A stretch of DNA of 64,000 nucleotides from a virus. How positions within the stretch are numbered: the first letter of the stretch is position 1; each line of letters starts with the position of its first letter. Positions 39,498 through 49,446 of the stretch are shown piece by piece. The translations under genes were made by a program, and so were the position numbers. The notes beneath the pieces are model-generated. The model was not told the origin of the DNA, ran no database searches, and was given only the letters and a program-made list of their open reading frames with translations. The stretch lies in IMG/VR virus record IMGVR_UViG_3300029210_000011; one strand, given 5' to 3'.

Positions 39498-40040
39498 TCA
39501 TTTCATTGGTTTAAAGGTCATTTTAGCAATGCTTTCCGCGTAATCAAATGTATCTGACAATACATTTAACCCCTTCTTTGACTCCAAGTAGTTAGAATAT
39601 TCCGTACCTGTACACATCACTAATCCTATGCCGTCACTTGGAGTTTTATATGCTTTGAGGAAATTTACAGAAGTGGTTAAACCGTACTCCCCGTTGGTGT
39701 CAACCAAGTTGTATTTTTTTATGGGAATAAACTTACCACTTTCGTAACTTTGGACCATTATCACGCCAATACCGTCTCCTCTGCTAAGCTTGGGGCGGGT
39801 GGGATTTTTTAATCCTTGTGTCACGACGGCGGTAATTATACGAGATAATCCACCTCTATAATAAATTCCAACAGCTAATGAAGTTAGAGTATTTCCGGTT
39901 ACATTATGGTACTTGGCTGATACTACTCCGTCTTGCAGAAGTCTGATTCCGATTTCTGTTATTCTATCCAGCAAATATTCATCAATGATATTTCTCATTT
40001 TTTTTTTGCCTTCTTCCAAGACTTTAGCATTATCTCCCAT
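39498..40040 (-). CDS. head-tail joining protein
   Basis: 180 aa. Confidence 0.4.
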   Translation of the reverse strand: MGDNAKVLEEGKKKMRNIIDEYLLDRITEIGIRLLQDGVVSAKYHNVTGNTLTSLAVGIYYRGGLSRIITAVVTQGLKNPTRPKLSRGDGIGVIMVQSYESGKFIPIKKYNLVDTNGEYGLTTSVNFLKAYKTPSDGIGLVMCTGTEYSNYLESKKGLNVLSDTFDYAESIAKMTFKPMK

Positions 40041-40044
40041 TTCC

Positions 40045-40368
40045 CTAATTCTTAGCCAGATTGAAATACAGCGTTGTTCCCATTTCCGTAGGATAACAAT
40101 CCGTTACTACGCATGATTCAAAACTTCCTCCGTAATCGGTAACATCCACAAGGTCTCCCGCAATGATACCCTTCACAAGTCCAGGAATGTCTATTGCATA
40201 ATCACTCTTTATGACATTACTTTTTGTAAATGTCCTAAGACTTGTGCTTCCGTACTTGTTGCATTTCCCTACATACAATACGGTCTCGTTCCCTTCGTCA
40301 AAAGATGTTTCTCCGGAAATACGATACACTTTGCATGTATGCGGAAAACGTGGATTATTTACTTTCAT
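40045..40368 (-). CDS. head-tail joining protein
   Basis: 107 aa. Confidence 0.4.
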   Translation of the reverse strand: MKVNNPRFPHTCKVYRISGETSFDEGNETVLYVGKCNKYGSTSLRTFTKSNVIKSDYAIDIPGLVKGIIAGDLVDVTDYGGSFESCVVTDCYPTEMGTTLYFNLAKN

Positions 40369-40766
40369 AGCGGATACCTTTTATTCATGTTCATACCCAA
40401 GTTGACAATTCTGACAGATGATTTACGGACGTTCTCTCCATACAATGCGTATATGTCATTTGCCATTTGCCGAAGGTTACGTTTGTCATAGGCAGAGCTT
40501 TGTGTACCACCCTCCTTGTGCTTCCATACGCCATTGGCATCCTCTACGTTTCCAGTTACGCTCGGTGTACTTGCGCACCACATATAAAGGTCTGCCCGGC
40601 ACAAGTCTTTCTGGCGTTTTTCCAACGTGCTGACATCCGTCCCCGGTGCAATTCCCCTGTCAATCAGTATGGTGGAAATAGCACTGTCCGTAACTTCAAA
40701 ACCGACACAACCACGGAGATATTCCTCTATGGTAGTGCCAGTATTTGTATTTTGAGAATCCTTCAT
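40365..40766 (-). CDS. head-tail connector/adaptor-like protein
   Basis: 133 aa, overlapping stop and start. Confidence 0.4.
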   Translation of the reverse strand: MKDSQNTNTGTTIEEYLRGCVGFEVTDSAISTILIDRGIAPGTDVSTLEKRQKDLCRADLYMWCASTPSVTGNVEDANGVWKHKEGGTQSSAYDKRNLRQMANDIYALYGENVRKSSVRIVNLGMNMNKRYPL

Positions 40767-40768
40767 GG

Positions 40769-41974
40769 TTATTTACCTTTAATGTTCAAGTAGTAGAACC
40801 AGCGAACCTTATTAGGAACAACCAATCCGGTCACTTCTGATTTGATTACCTGCGTCATGGTTTCATCATTGAATACCTGACGTATCAGAGTGCGGCCGCC
40901 GTCATACAATGCCGTACGGGCACCCGGTGTTTCCATGAAAATAGGACGTCCACATTGTACATCACCCAGGTCTTCATTTGGAACATATGCCAATACTCCC
41001 TCTTCAAAGCTTTGCAAATTCTTGTATTGTATAGCTTTGGAAGATTTGTCATATTTCTCCACTACGGATATTGAATCGACAATTCTGATTTCAGCACCGA
41101 TACGCGCTTCAATGAAAGTTTTGATTGTTTCATCGGGGACAAGATTAGCAAATGCCAACTGCATGCCTTTATCGGAAATATCCGGGCGTGTCGCAACTGT
41201 GTACATTTGGCGGAAATACGGAAGGTTAATCAAATCCTCAAAGGTCGTCTTGGAGCATTCCCAGTGACCAGCAGGGGCAAAATCCTTTTCTTGGGAATCG
41301 CGTCTTACCTGCCTCATGACTTTTATCGGGTCTATTGTAGTACCCAAAGCTTCTTCCTGCACCGCTTCGCTTTCCGGCTTCTTATACCAGATAGAATCCT
41401 TGATATTCTTTTTAGGCACACCGAAATCTATAGTCAATGCAATGCCAAGCGGGTTGTTAGCTGCGTCAATGATTAGCTTACCTTTGTTGGATACAACTTG
41501 ATTTCGTTGGTATAGGAATGTATTGTAGTTACCACCAAGCAAGCTGTCCACTCCATTAAACAGAAGCTCCATTATTGTAGACTCAATTTCCGGAGTGGTA
41601 CTGCCGATGGCATCCATCAGCATCATTTTTTCTCTTAGGATTTTGCGGCTCAGTACAATCTCATGCTTGAAGGTTGGCAATCCACCCATTTGCAGGGACA
41701 TTCCGTCTGTAGATTTGGTTGCGCCATCACTGTCAATATCCACATAGGTAGCCAGCGTGTATGCACGGACTGTTGCTTCTATCTGCTCATATGTGGGATT
41801 CAGAGGAATATTAGGATTTAACGGGAACCCCATTTGGGAGAACGTTTGTTCCGCATTGTATTTTTCGGCAAACATGTCATTAATCCATGCTTCCAGCGGT
41901 TTATTCCCTGTATATCCCAATGCTGCAAGACCTTTCCCTACAATGTCGTAAAATTCTTTGTTTCTTGTGTACAT
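40769..41974 (-). CDS. putative major capsid protein
   Basis: 401 aa, downstream of the scaffold-like gene. Confidence 0.5.
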   Translation of the reverse strand: MYTRNKEFYDIVGKGLAALGYTGNKPLEAWINDMFAEKYNAEQTFSQMGFPLNPNIPLNPTYEQIEATVRAYTLATYVDIDSDGATKSTDGMSLQMGGLPTFKHEIVLSRKILREKMMLMDAIGSTTPEIESTIMELLFNGVDSLLGGNYNTFLYQRNQVVSNKGKLIIDAANNPLGIALTIDFGVPKKNIKDSIWYKKPESEAVQEEALGTTIDPIKVMRQVRRDSQEKDFAPAGHWECSKTTFEDLINLPYFRQMYTVATRPDISDKGMQLAFANLVPDETIKTFIEARIGAEIRIVDSISVVEKYDKSSKAIQYKNLQSFEEGVLAYVPNEDLGDVQCGRPIFMETPGARTALYDGGRTLIRQVFNDETMTQVIKSEVTGLVVPNKVRWFYYLNIKGK

Positions 41975-41989
41975 ATTATTCTCCTTTCT

Positions 41990-42709
41990 TTATTCGTCAG
42001 ATTCACGCACAAATTCAATCATAGGCAGCTGTGCTTCTACCGATTTGGGAATGCCGCCACCGAACACCCTGTCTGCATAAATTCTGCCTGCACGTACAAC
42101 TGCGCATGTTGCAAGGATACAGCCTTCAGGGATACATACGTCTTCAAATACAAGGCCGTTGACATCGGTTAGCTTTCCGCCGGCGGGAACTCCTTTGACA
42201 GTTTCCTCAATATCTCCCGTTACTCCGGTATTTCCTGGAATAAACATGTATGCGTAAGGTTGGGCAGCGGTTTTTTGCGTGAAAGTCACAGTAGCCCCAC
42301 TACGTTTTACATCCCATTCTGCAAAAGAAGATTTTGCTCCTTCGATTTTGGTAGCTACCAGTTCTGGGGTACTTTCTGATGCGCTTGTTACGGCAACCGA
42401 ATAGCTTTTCCCGCCTAACACAATAGACAAATCCCCGTTTCCGGATGCCTTTTTAGTGATAGTAAGCGTCACTACTGCCTTTACACCAGTCACTCCATCT
42501 GCTGTAATTACCTCTACCTGTTTGCCTGCTCCATTGAATTTTACCATTGTGCCGGCATGTATAATATCACCAGGCTTTAATCCCATTCCGGCGACATCAA
42601 TCATACCACCACCCTGATATAATTCTCTTACTCTTGACCAAACAGGAAAATTTCCGCCAAATCCCGACCGGGATTGACTGATAGTGTTGAAAGTTCCTAA
42701 TTGTCTCAT
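41990..42709 (-). CDS. head protein (decoration or second capsid component?)
   Basis: 239 aa, Gly/Thr/Val-rich beta protein. Confidence 0.4.
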   Translation of the reverse strand: MRQLGTFNTISQSRSGFGGNFPVWSRVRELYQGGGMIDVAGMGLKPGDIIHAGTMVKFNGAGKQVEVITADGVTGVKAVVTLTITKKASGNGDLSIVLGGKSYSVAVTSASESTPELVATKIEGAKSSFAEWDVKRSGATVTFTQKTAAQPYAYMFIPGNTGVTGDIEETVKGVPAGGKLTDVNGLVFEDVCIPEGCILATCAVVRAGRIYADRVFGGGIPKSVEAQLPMIEFVRESDE

Positions 42710-42730
42710 TCTTTGTCTGTTTTAATGTGT

Positions 42731-43393
42731 TTATTGTTTTCGAGGAAGTTTTCCTTGCGCTCTTAGCCGGTCTTTGAATGCTTCACGGCGGCTTTTTGCC
42801 TGTTCTTCTCCGGTTTCTGCATACTGGTTGATACTCGGGGAAGCGCCATTTCCGAAAATAGCCTTGTATCTTTTTTCATAATTGCGTTTGGCGCAACTGA
42901 CAATTTCTTCCACTTCCATATCTTTGGTGATTTTCACGTCAGATATGGCGATATTCAGGATTTCATCGTTACAGATATTTTTGCCCCCGTTTTCAATTTG
43001 AGATTTCAACAAGTCCATAGACTGGACTTTTAAGTCATGGATTGACGCGGCGTTTTTCTCCGCCTCCCTCTCTTCCTTCAAAAGCAAAATCTCATTTTCC
43101 ATTTCCTTTAGCTTGTCGGCAAGGACGTTATCTCCTGCTCCTTCTCCTGAGTCAGGAGAACTCTGTTGAGGTTTGTAGTTTTTCTTAAAACTCTCAACTT
43201 GTGTTGCGACATCGTGGTTGTACTGTCCCTGCATCCCTTGAAGAAAGGATGTTGCCTTGCTATAATAAACGTCATCAGGCTCCATTCCTTCCGCTACCGG
43301 ATTCAATTCTATGTACTTCATTAATGTCTGTGACGAAAGACTGGTTTGTCCTAATCTGGTCGTCAGTTCGGATAAGATTTGTTCTTTCTCCAT
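42731..43393 (-). CDS. scaffolding protein
   Basis: 220 aa, acidic, long coiled coil 'ENEILLLKEEREAEKN'. Confidence 0.55.
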   Translation of the reverse strand: MEKEQILSELTTRLGQTSLSSQTLMKYIELNPVAEGMEPDDVYYSKATSFLQGMQGQYNHDVATQVESFKKNYKPQQSSPDSGEGAGDNVLADKLKEMENEILLLKEEREAEKNAASIHDLKVQSMDLLKSQIENGGKNICNDEILNIAISDVKITKDMEVEEIVSCAKRNYEKRYKAIFGNGASPSINQYAETGEEQAKSRREAFKDRLRAQGKLPRKQ

Positions 43394-43705
43394 CGTGTTT
43401 ATTTAGTTTGTGTTATAAAAAAAAGAGCCTATCAGTGCTTTGTGCACTAATAAGCTCTTAGGCTTGCATATGTAAAATTGCTATTCTTCTATTCTGACGC
43501 TGATAAAATTACGACATCTTCGGCATACAGTCCTAAACAATACGCTACCGTGTATTATTTTCACATCGGTCAACTTTTGCCCGCACACCGGACATGTTAC
43601 AAAATTTCCTTTTTCGCTGGTCTGTTTTTCATCCAGCTTAGCGCCTATCTTTATCATATCACATGATTTAGTATTGCAAATATATAGTATATTTCCTAAA
43701 ATACA

Positions 43706-45457
43706 ATGCTTTATGTGTATTTTTATATGAGAAATATTAGAAAATTTATAATAAATCGTATATTTGCATTATATATAACTCATAGAGCTGTGATTCAAGC
43801 CGGAGTGTGCGGATTTATACTGCATACGCCGGCTTATTTTTTTATGGAACACGACAAGATTGTATATACGAAAAAGGGAGAGGGTGTATTCAGTTATGAA
43901 TACATAGACAGGTTGCGTAATTTGAAAAATGATTTCAATGTTATAGCTCAATCCGGAGGGCAGGAGAACTCATTAGCTTCCGATGCCGACATTGTTATTA
44001 TGGGAGGAAATCGTGGCGGTTCAAAAACATTTACTTTATTAATGGAATCCTTGCCAGACATTAAAAATCCACGTTTTAATGCCGTTCTTCTGCGTAACGA
44101 GAAAGATGACCTTAGAGATATGATTAACACGTCGTATCTTATTTACTCCCAATTTGGAACTTATAACCGTTCTATATCGGATATGACTTGGAATTTTGGA
44201 GAAAACGCGGGAAAACTGTGGTTTTCTTATTTTGCTGATAATTTTGAGGATTTCAAGAAGCGCTTTCAAGGTAAACAGTTCTGTTATATCGGTATAGACG
44301 AAATAACCCATTGTTCTTATGACAAGTTTAAATACCTTATCACTTGCAACCGTAACGCTTATGGTATTAAAAACCGTTTTTGGGGTACTTGTAATCCGGA
44401 TCCGGATAGCTGGGTGCGCGTTTTTATAGATTGGTGGATAGGAGAGGATGGGAATCCTATACCAGAACGCGATGGAAAGAAAAGATATTGTTTTATGGAT
44501 GGAGATTCTCCCAATAATATATTTTGGGGAGACACGCCAGAAGAGGTATATGAACAATGTAAATCCATCATAGACCCTCTTTGGAATGATGCTTACAAAA
44601 AATTGGGATTTAATAAGAAAACAATGTTTGTCAAATCAGTCGTCTTTATACGGGCACGTTTGGAGGATAATATCAAATTGATTGAGGCTGACTCAAATTA
44701 TGCGGCTAATCTTGCCCAGCAGGATGAAGAATCCCGCGCTCGCGACCTCGAAGGAAATTGGAATTTTAAAGCGGCTGGAGACGATATTCTTAAAATCGAA
44801 CACATGGAGCGTTTCTTCAACAACTCCGCCCAATATGGAGATAATAAGCGCAGGGTATCATGTGATATTGCGTATGAAGGCGGAGACAATCTTGTTCTAT
44901 GGTTTTGGATTGGGAACCATATCGAGGACGTATATGTAAGCCGGGATAACTCCAAGCGGACGGAAGAGTGCGTCGCATATAAGTTGCGTGAATGGGGAGT
45001 CCTGGAGAAAGACTTTGTTTTTGACTTGAATGGACCTGGACAGGATTTTAAGGGCAAATTCCCAGACGCGGTCAAGTTTAATAATATGGCAGCTCCTATC
45101 CCAACGACAAAAGCTGACGAACAATCTATAAAATATATCTATTCTTCCCTGAAATCACAATGCGCTGATATTCTCGTTAAGAAGATTAAGAATGATGAAA
45201 TTTCGATTAACCCCGATTTGTTGTCGCGTAAGTTTTCAGGAAACGGATATTCAGATATGACACTTTATAATATCCTGATGAAAGAACGCAAAGCCATCCG
45301 GGATGCAGACACAGATAAAGGCTTCTCTTTAATTAAAAAGGAAGTGATGAAAAAGTACGTCGGCCATTCTCCCGACTTTATAGAGGCTATGATTTACAGA
45401 CAGATTTTTGATATAAGAAAACAACACACTAAACCAAAAGGATTATGGAGAATATAA
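43706..45457 (+). CDS. terminase large subunit
   Basis: Walker A 'IVIMGGNRGGSKT'; C-terminal nuclease region. The true start is probably the 'MEHDKIVYTKKG' ATG near 43844. Confidence 0.85.
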   Translation: MLYVYFYMRNIRKFIINRIFALYITHRAVIQAGVCGFILHTPAYFFMEHDKIVYTKKGEGVFSYEYIDRLRNLKNDFNVIAQSGGQENSLASDADIVIMGGNRGGSKTFTLLMESLPDIKNPRFNAVLLRNEKDDLRDMINTSYLIYSQFGTYNRSISDMTWNFGENAGKLWFSYFADNFEDFKKRFQGKQFCYIGIDEITHCSYDKFKYLITCNRNAYGIKNRFWGTCNPDPDSWVRVFIDWWIGEDGNPIPERDGKKRYCFMDGDSPNNIFWGDTPEEVYEQCKSIIDPLWNDAYKKLGFNKKTMFVKSVVFIRARLEDNIKLIEADSNYAANLAQQDEESRARDLEGNWNFKAAGDDILKIEHMERFFNNSAQYGDNKRRVSCDIAYEGGDNLVLWFWIGNHIEDVYVSRDNSKRTEECVAYKLREWGVLEKDFVFDLNGPGQDFKGKFPDAVKFNNMAAPIPTTKADEQSIKYIYSSLKSQCADILVKKIKNDEISINPDLLSRKFSGNGYSDMTLYNILMKERKAIRDADTDKGFSLIKKEVMKKYVGHSPDFIEAMIYRQIFDIRKQHTKPKGLWRI

Positions 45458-46986
45458 GTACACGACAGATTATGGTACGCCGTCCGTTTCGGAGAATATT
45501 GCCAAATGGATACAAACAAGCAGTAGGGGTTATATCTGGCAGCTTGTCCGTTAATGAGCCTTTAGACAACCCAACATATCAGATAATAACTCAAATGGAT
45601 TTTTTGAGGGAATTTGAGCCGTCCGGACATGCTATAAATGACCCATTGGTATATCCGGACAGATTAAGACAAGACCCTGAAACAAAAGAGTGGTTTAGAG
45701 AGTCCGTTATCAGATGTGCTTTTGCGTTTCAGAGGATTATAACAATCAAACACCTGGTTCATCTTTGTGGAAACGACATTCAATTTGAGTTGGAAGGGGA
45801 TACCGAAAATGAAAAAGTAAAGGATACATTTTTTAAGTTTCGAACCGGATGGGCTGTAAAGGACATGGAGATAGCATGGTATGAAGCGGCAAAATCCGTA
45901 AAGATAACGGGAGACACAGCATTTGTAGGTTATCTCCGAAAAGGAATTTTCTATTGGAAAGTCCTTTCTTTTGAGAAAGGAGATACGTTATATCCCCATT
46001 TCGATAATGTAACAGGGGAGCTTACATTGTTTGCCCGTTCCTATTCCGATTTTGACAATAATGGAAATACAGTTACAGACTGGCTTGAAGTTTGGGATGA
46101 GAAATATCTCCGTCGCTTTAGAAAAGGGAAAGGGGCGTACAACAAAATAAAGCAAGTGATAAAGAACTTGTTTGGATTAAGCGGATACGAACTCATATCT
46201 TCTCAGGAACATGGCTTTACATTTATCCCTGTGGCTTATCACAGAAATGAAGCCGGCGCTTGTTGGTCTCCTTCACAAGACAGCATAGAGCAATATGAAC
46301 TTGCTTTTTCGCAATTGTCACAAAACAATACAGCTTACGCCTTCCCGATTATGTATTTCAAAGGAGAGGGAGATAGTATTAATATAGAGGGAGGGATTGA
46401 TGGCACTATAAAGTGTATATCAATGGGACCGGATGATGAAGCCGGTTATCTTAACAAGCAAGATGTTTCCACTGCCTTTACCAAGCAGCTTGATACTTTA
46501 TACAAGTTAATCTATGAGCAGTCTTTTGCGGTAATTCCACCGGAAGTAAGAAGCGGAGACCTTCCAGGTGTAGCCATAAAGCTGCTTTATTCTCCTGCTT
46601 TTGAAAATGCCATGAAGGATGCCCAAGAATATAACCATCTCATTGACGATATGGTAAAGATATTCACTTATGGCTATGGGGTGGAAACCGAAAATCTTAT
46701 CGACTTGCAAAATTTGAATGTATATGCTTGGATAAAGCCGTATATACATCTGAATGAATCTGAACTTGTACAAAATCTTGCAGTTGCTGTTCAAAACGGG
46801 TTCTTGTCCCGACAGACTGCAAATGAGCAAATTCAGATGTATAGCAATCCTCGTGACTGGGATAGGATTATGAAAGAAAAGAAAGAAGAACAGCAGGCTG
46901 ATATTCTTTATGGATTGAAATCCCAGCAGGTATCCGCCACAGATAATGAAGTTGAACATAATCCGGCAGGAGACGACAAGCTATGA
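45445..46986 (+). CDS. portal protein
   Basis: 513 aa immediately after TerL; overlapping start. Confidence 0.7.
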   Translation: MENISTRQIMVRRPFRRILPNGYKQAVGVISGSLSVNEPLDNPTYQIITQMDFLREFEPSGHAINDPLVYPDRLRQDPETKEWFRESVIRCAFAFQRIITIKHLVHLCGNDIQFELEGDTENEKVKDTFFKFRTGWAVKDMEIAWYEAAKSVKITGDTAFVGYLRKGIFYWKVLSFEKGDTLYPHFDNVTGELTLFARSYSDFDNNGNTVTDWLEVWDEKYLRRFRKGKGAYNKIKQVIKNLFGLSGYELISSQEHGFTFIPVAYHRNEAGACWSPSQDSIEQYELAFSQLSQNNTAYAFPIMYFKGEGDSINIEGGIDGTIKCISMGPDDEAGYLNKQDVSTAFTKQLDTLYKLIYEQSFAVIPPEVRSGDLPGVAIKLLYSPAFENAMKDAQEYNHLIDDMVKIFTYGYGVETENLIDLQNLNVYAWIKPYIHLNESELVQNLAVAVQNGFLSRQTANEQIQMYSNPRDWDRIMKEKKEEQQADILYGLKSQQVSATDNEVEHNPAGDDKL

Positions 46987-47765
46987 AGCAACCTACAAAA
47001 AAACAGATACAGGATGCCAAGGATTTCATAAAATTACGTTTGCAGGCTGAAATATCTATGCAAAGTCATTTGGAGGAGCTTCTTGTACAAGCGGCAAAAG
47101 AGATTATAGATATATCATTCAAGTATGATATTCAGCCTGCAATGTTCCGGTTCTCTGCAAATGAGAACTTAAAGCGGGACGTAAGCGAAGTACTCCGTAA
47201 GTTGCGTGAGTTAATTTACGATTACACGGAAACTCTTTCTGTATATGACAGAAAGGAGGAAAGAGATGCAATTGTAGATTTTATAAACAGGGAAGACCAC
47301 GGGAAGACATTATCAGAGCGTATCAGCATTTATTGCAACCGATTTCTGTATGAAGTGGAAGCTGCCATTGCAGCCGGTCTGATAGCCGGAATCGGGAAAG
47401 ATAAAATAAAGGGTAGTGTAAAATCTTATCTTAATTCACCTTATACCAATCCTTATTTTAAGCGGGCGGTTTATAATGGCGGGGCTGCTGCCACACGTAT
47501 TAAAACAGATGGTGTGAGTTATGGGGTAGGGAAGTCTAATTCCGCTTACAACTCGTTAAATACCCTTACCCGCTTCGCCGTAGGTTCTGCATGGATGTTG
47601 TTTTGGGGGCTTGAACATAAGGATAAAGGATATACGGGCTTTTATTCGTACCGTGGGAGCAGTTACCCATGCTCTTATTGCGACAGCATGGTTGGCTATC
47701 ATCCCATATCCGACTATCAGAATCAGTGGCATATAAGATGCTGCTGCTATTTTGTGTTTGTATAA
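46983..47765 (+). CDS. head morphogenesis protein (Mu F / SPP1 gp7-like)
   Basis: 260 aa after the portal; Cys-rich C-terminus 'CSYCDS...HIRCCC'. Confidence 0.45.
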   Translation: MKQPTKKQIQDAKDFIKLRLQAEISMQSHLEELLVQAAKEIIDISFKYDIQPAMFRFSANENLKRDVSEVLRKLRELIYDYTETLSVYDRKEERDAIVDFINREDHGKTLSERISIYCNRFLYEVEAAIAAGLIAGIGKDKIKGSVKSYLNSPYTNPYFKRAVYNGGAAATRIKTDGVSYGVGKSNSAYNSLNTLTRFAVGSAWMLFWGLEHKDKGYTGFYSYRGSSYPCSYCDSMVGYHPISDYQNQWHIRCCCYFVFV

Positions 47766-47781
47766 TTAAAAATCATATAAT

Positions 47782-48339
47782 ATGTTGAGAGGGAAGGAAG
47801 AAAAAATAACATTCAGTAAAGGATTGGGTTCTGAATGCAGAAAAGCGGGAATCAGTATAAAAGAAAAGGCTTTTGCCGACCTTTTAGCGTTAGGATGGAA
47901 AGACAAGGACGCCTATCTTATTTCCGGTCTTTACAATCCGGTATATAACCTGGAGATAAACAAGAAGAACATGAATATCCTTTTGTCCGACGATAAAGAC
48001 TTCATGGACTATTTGACCTCTGCAAGCAGAAAGATTAAACGCAGGCAAAAAGAGAGCGAGAAAGAGGATGATATATTGGTAGATGGTATTAGTGAGGAAG
48101 ATATTGCTTCCGAGCTATCAAAAGAAAACCAACTTCGTAAACTTATCGCTGCCCGTAAGAAATATGACGGGAAAGAGGGATGCAAGGAATGGATTGACCT
48201 CACTAAAATGATAGCAGACATTACTCAAATCAAAAAGGACGAAATAAAGGAAGAGGACACCACAGTGCATTTCTATCTGCCACTTTCATGCAATAATTGC
48301 TCCTTGTATCTTGCTGCTAAAAAGAAAGCCGGGAAATAA
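47782..48339 (+). CDS. possible terminase small subunit-like DNA-binding protein
   Basis: 'ISIKEKAFADLLALGWKDKDAYLISG' loosely resembles the TerS HTH motif (...AGYS); weak. Confidence 0.3.
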   Translation: MLRGKEEKITFSKGLGSECRKAGISIKEKAFADLLALGWKDKDAYLISGLYNPVYNLEINKKNMNILLSDDKDFMDYLTSASRKIKRRQKESEKEDDILVDGISEEDIASELSKENQLRKLIAARKKYDGKEGCKEWIDLTKMIADITQIKKDEIKEEDTTVHFYLPLSCNNCSLYLAAKKKAGK

Positions 48340-48384
48340 ATCCCGGCAGTTGTGTATCCTTCTAATCCTTAAACTTCCCACTTT

Positions 48385-48780
48385 TCACTTGCCAAATGCA
48401 ATCAGCAGCCCATTGAACAAGATACGCCCTTGCCTCTCCATTATTGAAATTAAACCCGCCCAATTCAAATGAATCGGATATAAAGTCTGTGATATGGCTT
48501 GCTTCGTGGGCGGCAACCCCAACGGATAATCTGTCTTTTCTGAATATTCCGCAAAATATACCAATCCAACCGCTTTTTTATCGCTGACAGGATAACAAGT
48601 CGCAATAGTAAACGTGTTATTTCCTAATACTTCTGATGTAAAATCAGTACGCTCCATTTTATCAGTCAAGGCATAGAATTTATTCTGCATATCTCCCAAT
48701 GATGGGTTAATTCCTACCCACAATCTGAATGGGTATATTGTCGGATTAAACTCGTGTATTTGGTATTTATTCTCCAACAT
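48385..48780 (-). CDS. hypothetical protein
   Basis: 131 aa. Confidence 0.45.
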   Translation of the reverse strand: MLENKYQIHEFNPTIYPFRLWVGINPSLGDMQNKFYALTDKMERTDFTSEVLGNNTFTIATCYPVSDKKAVGLVYFAEYSEKTDYPLGLPPTKQAISQTLYPIHLNWAGLISIMERQGRILFNGLLIAFGK

Positions 48781-48792
48781 GGTTACTAACTT

Positions 48793-49047
48793 TTAATCGA
48801 AATACATTACTTTCTGACCTATACACACCTTAAAGCGGGAAAGCATCTCTGAATATTGAGTAATGTCGTTAGGATTCCTTTTGTTGATGAAAGCACCTGT
48901 ACGCTTATGGTATCTGATACAAGCATTTTCGGGCGATTTAGCCAACACTTCTTTCTCGTTACTGAAACCAAACAATAATTGTTCTCTGTGCGATACCTTG
49001 TACCACTTTACTTGGCTTCTTATCTTTCTGAAATATTTTGCTTTCAT
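48793..49047 (-). CDS. hypothetical protein
   Basis: 84-aa basic protein. Confidence 0.45.
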   Translation of the reverse strand: MKAKYFRKIRSQVKWYKVSHREQLLFGFSNEKEVLAKSPENACIRYHKRTGAFINKRNPNDITQYSEMLSRFKVCIGQKVMYFD

Positions 49048-49049
49048 GG

Positions 49050-49418
49050 TTATTTCTCCAACTCTTTTTTCATTTCATACATCTGCCTTTCCTCTTCAAT
49101 AATCTTAGCGTCTTCTTCGTCAGATATAGGTTTAGCATCCGCACGGTCAAGGGCACTCCCTATTGCCTTTAATACATCCACCTGTAACTCCACATCAATG
49201 CAATTGGCAACATATTGGGCATTACGCACTATAAGCATTGGCAGGTTATCTACCTTGTCTTCCAATGGAGTATTATTCAGCATCATAAACATCACACTTC
49301 CTGCCCCATATTCAACAGAGAAGTCCCCGCTTACGGTTGATACCTTAATAAAAGGCAAACCGCCTTTCTTGTACTTGACAAAAGTCATGTTCCCGATTTG
49401 TGTCTTTCCGAAATCCAT
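49050..49418 (-). CDS. hypothetical protein
   Basis: 122 aa with acidic C-terminus. Confidence 0.5.
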   Translation of the reverse strand: MDFGKTQIGNMTFVKYKKGGLPFIKVSTVSGDFSVEYGAGSVMFMMLNNTPLEDKVDNLPMLIVRNAQYVANCIDVELQVDVLKAIGSALDRADAKPISDEEDAKIIEEERQMYEMKKELEK

Positions 49419-49446
49419 AGTTTTGATATTTAATTAAGTAAATCTG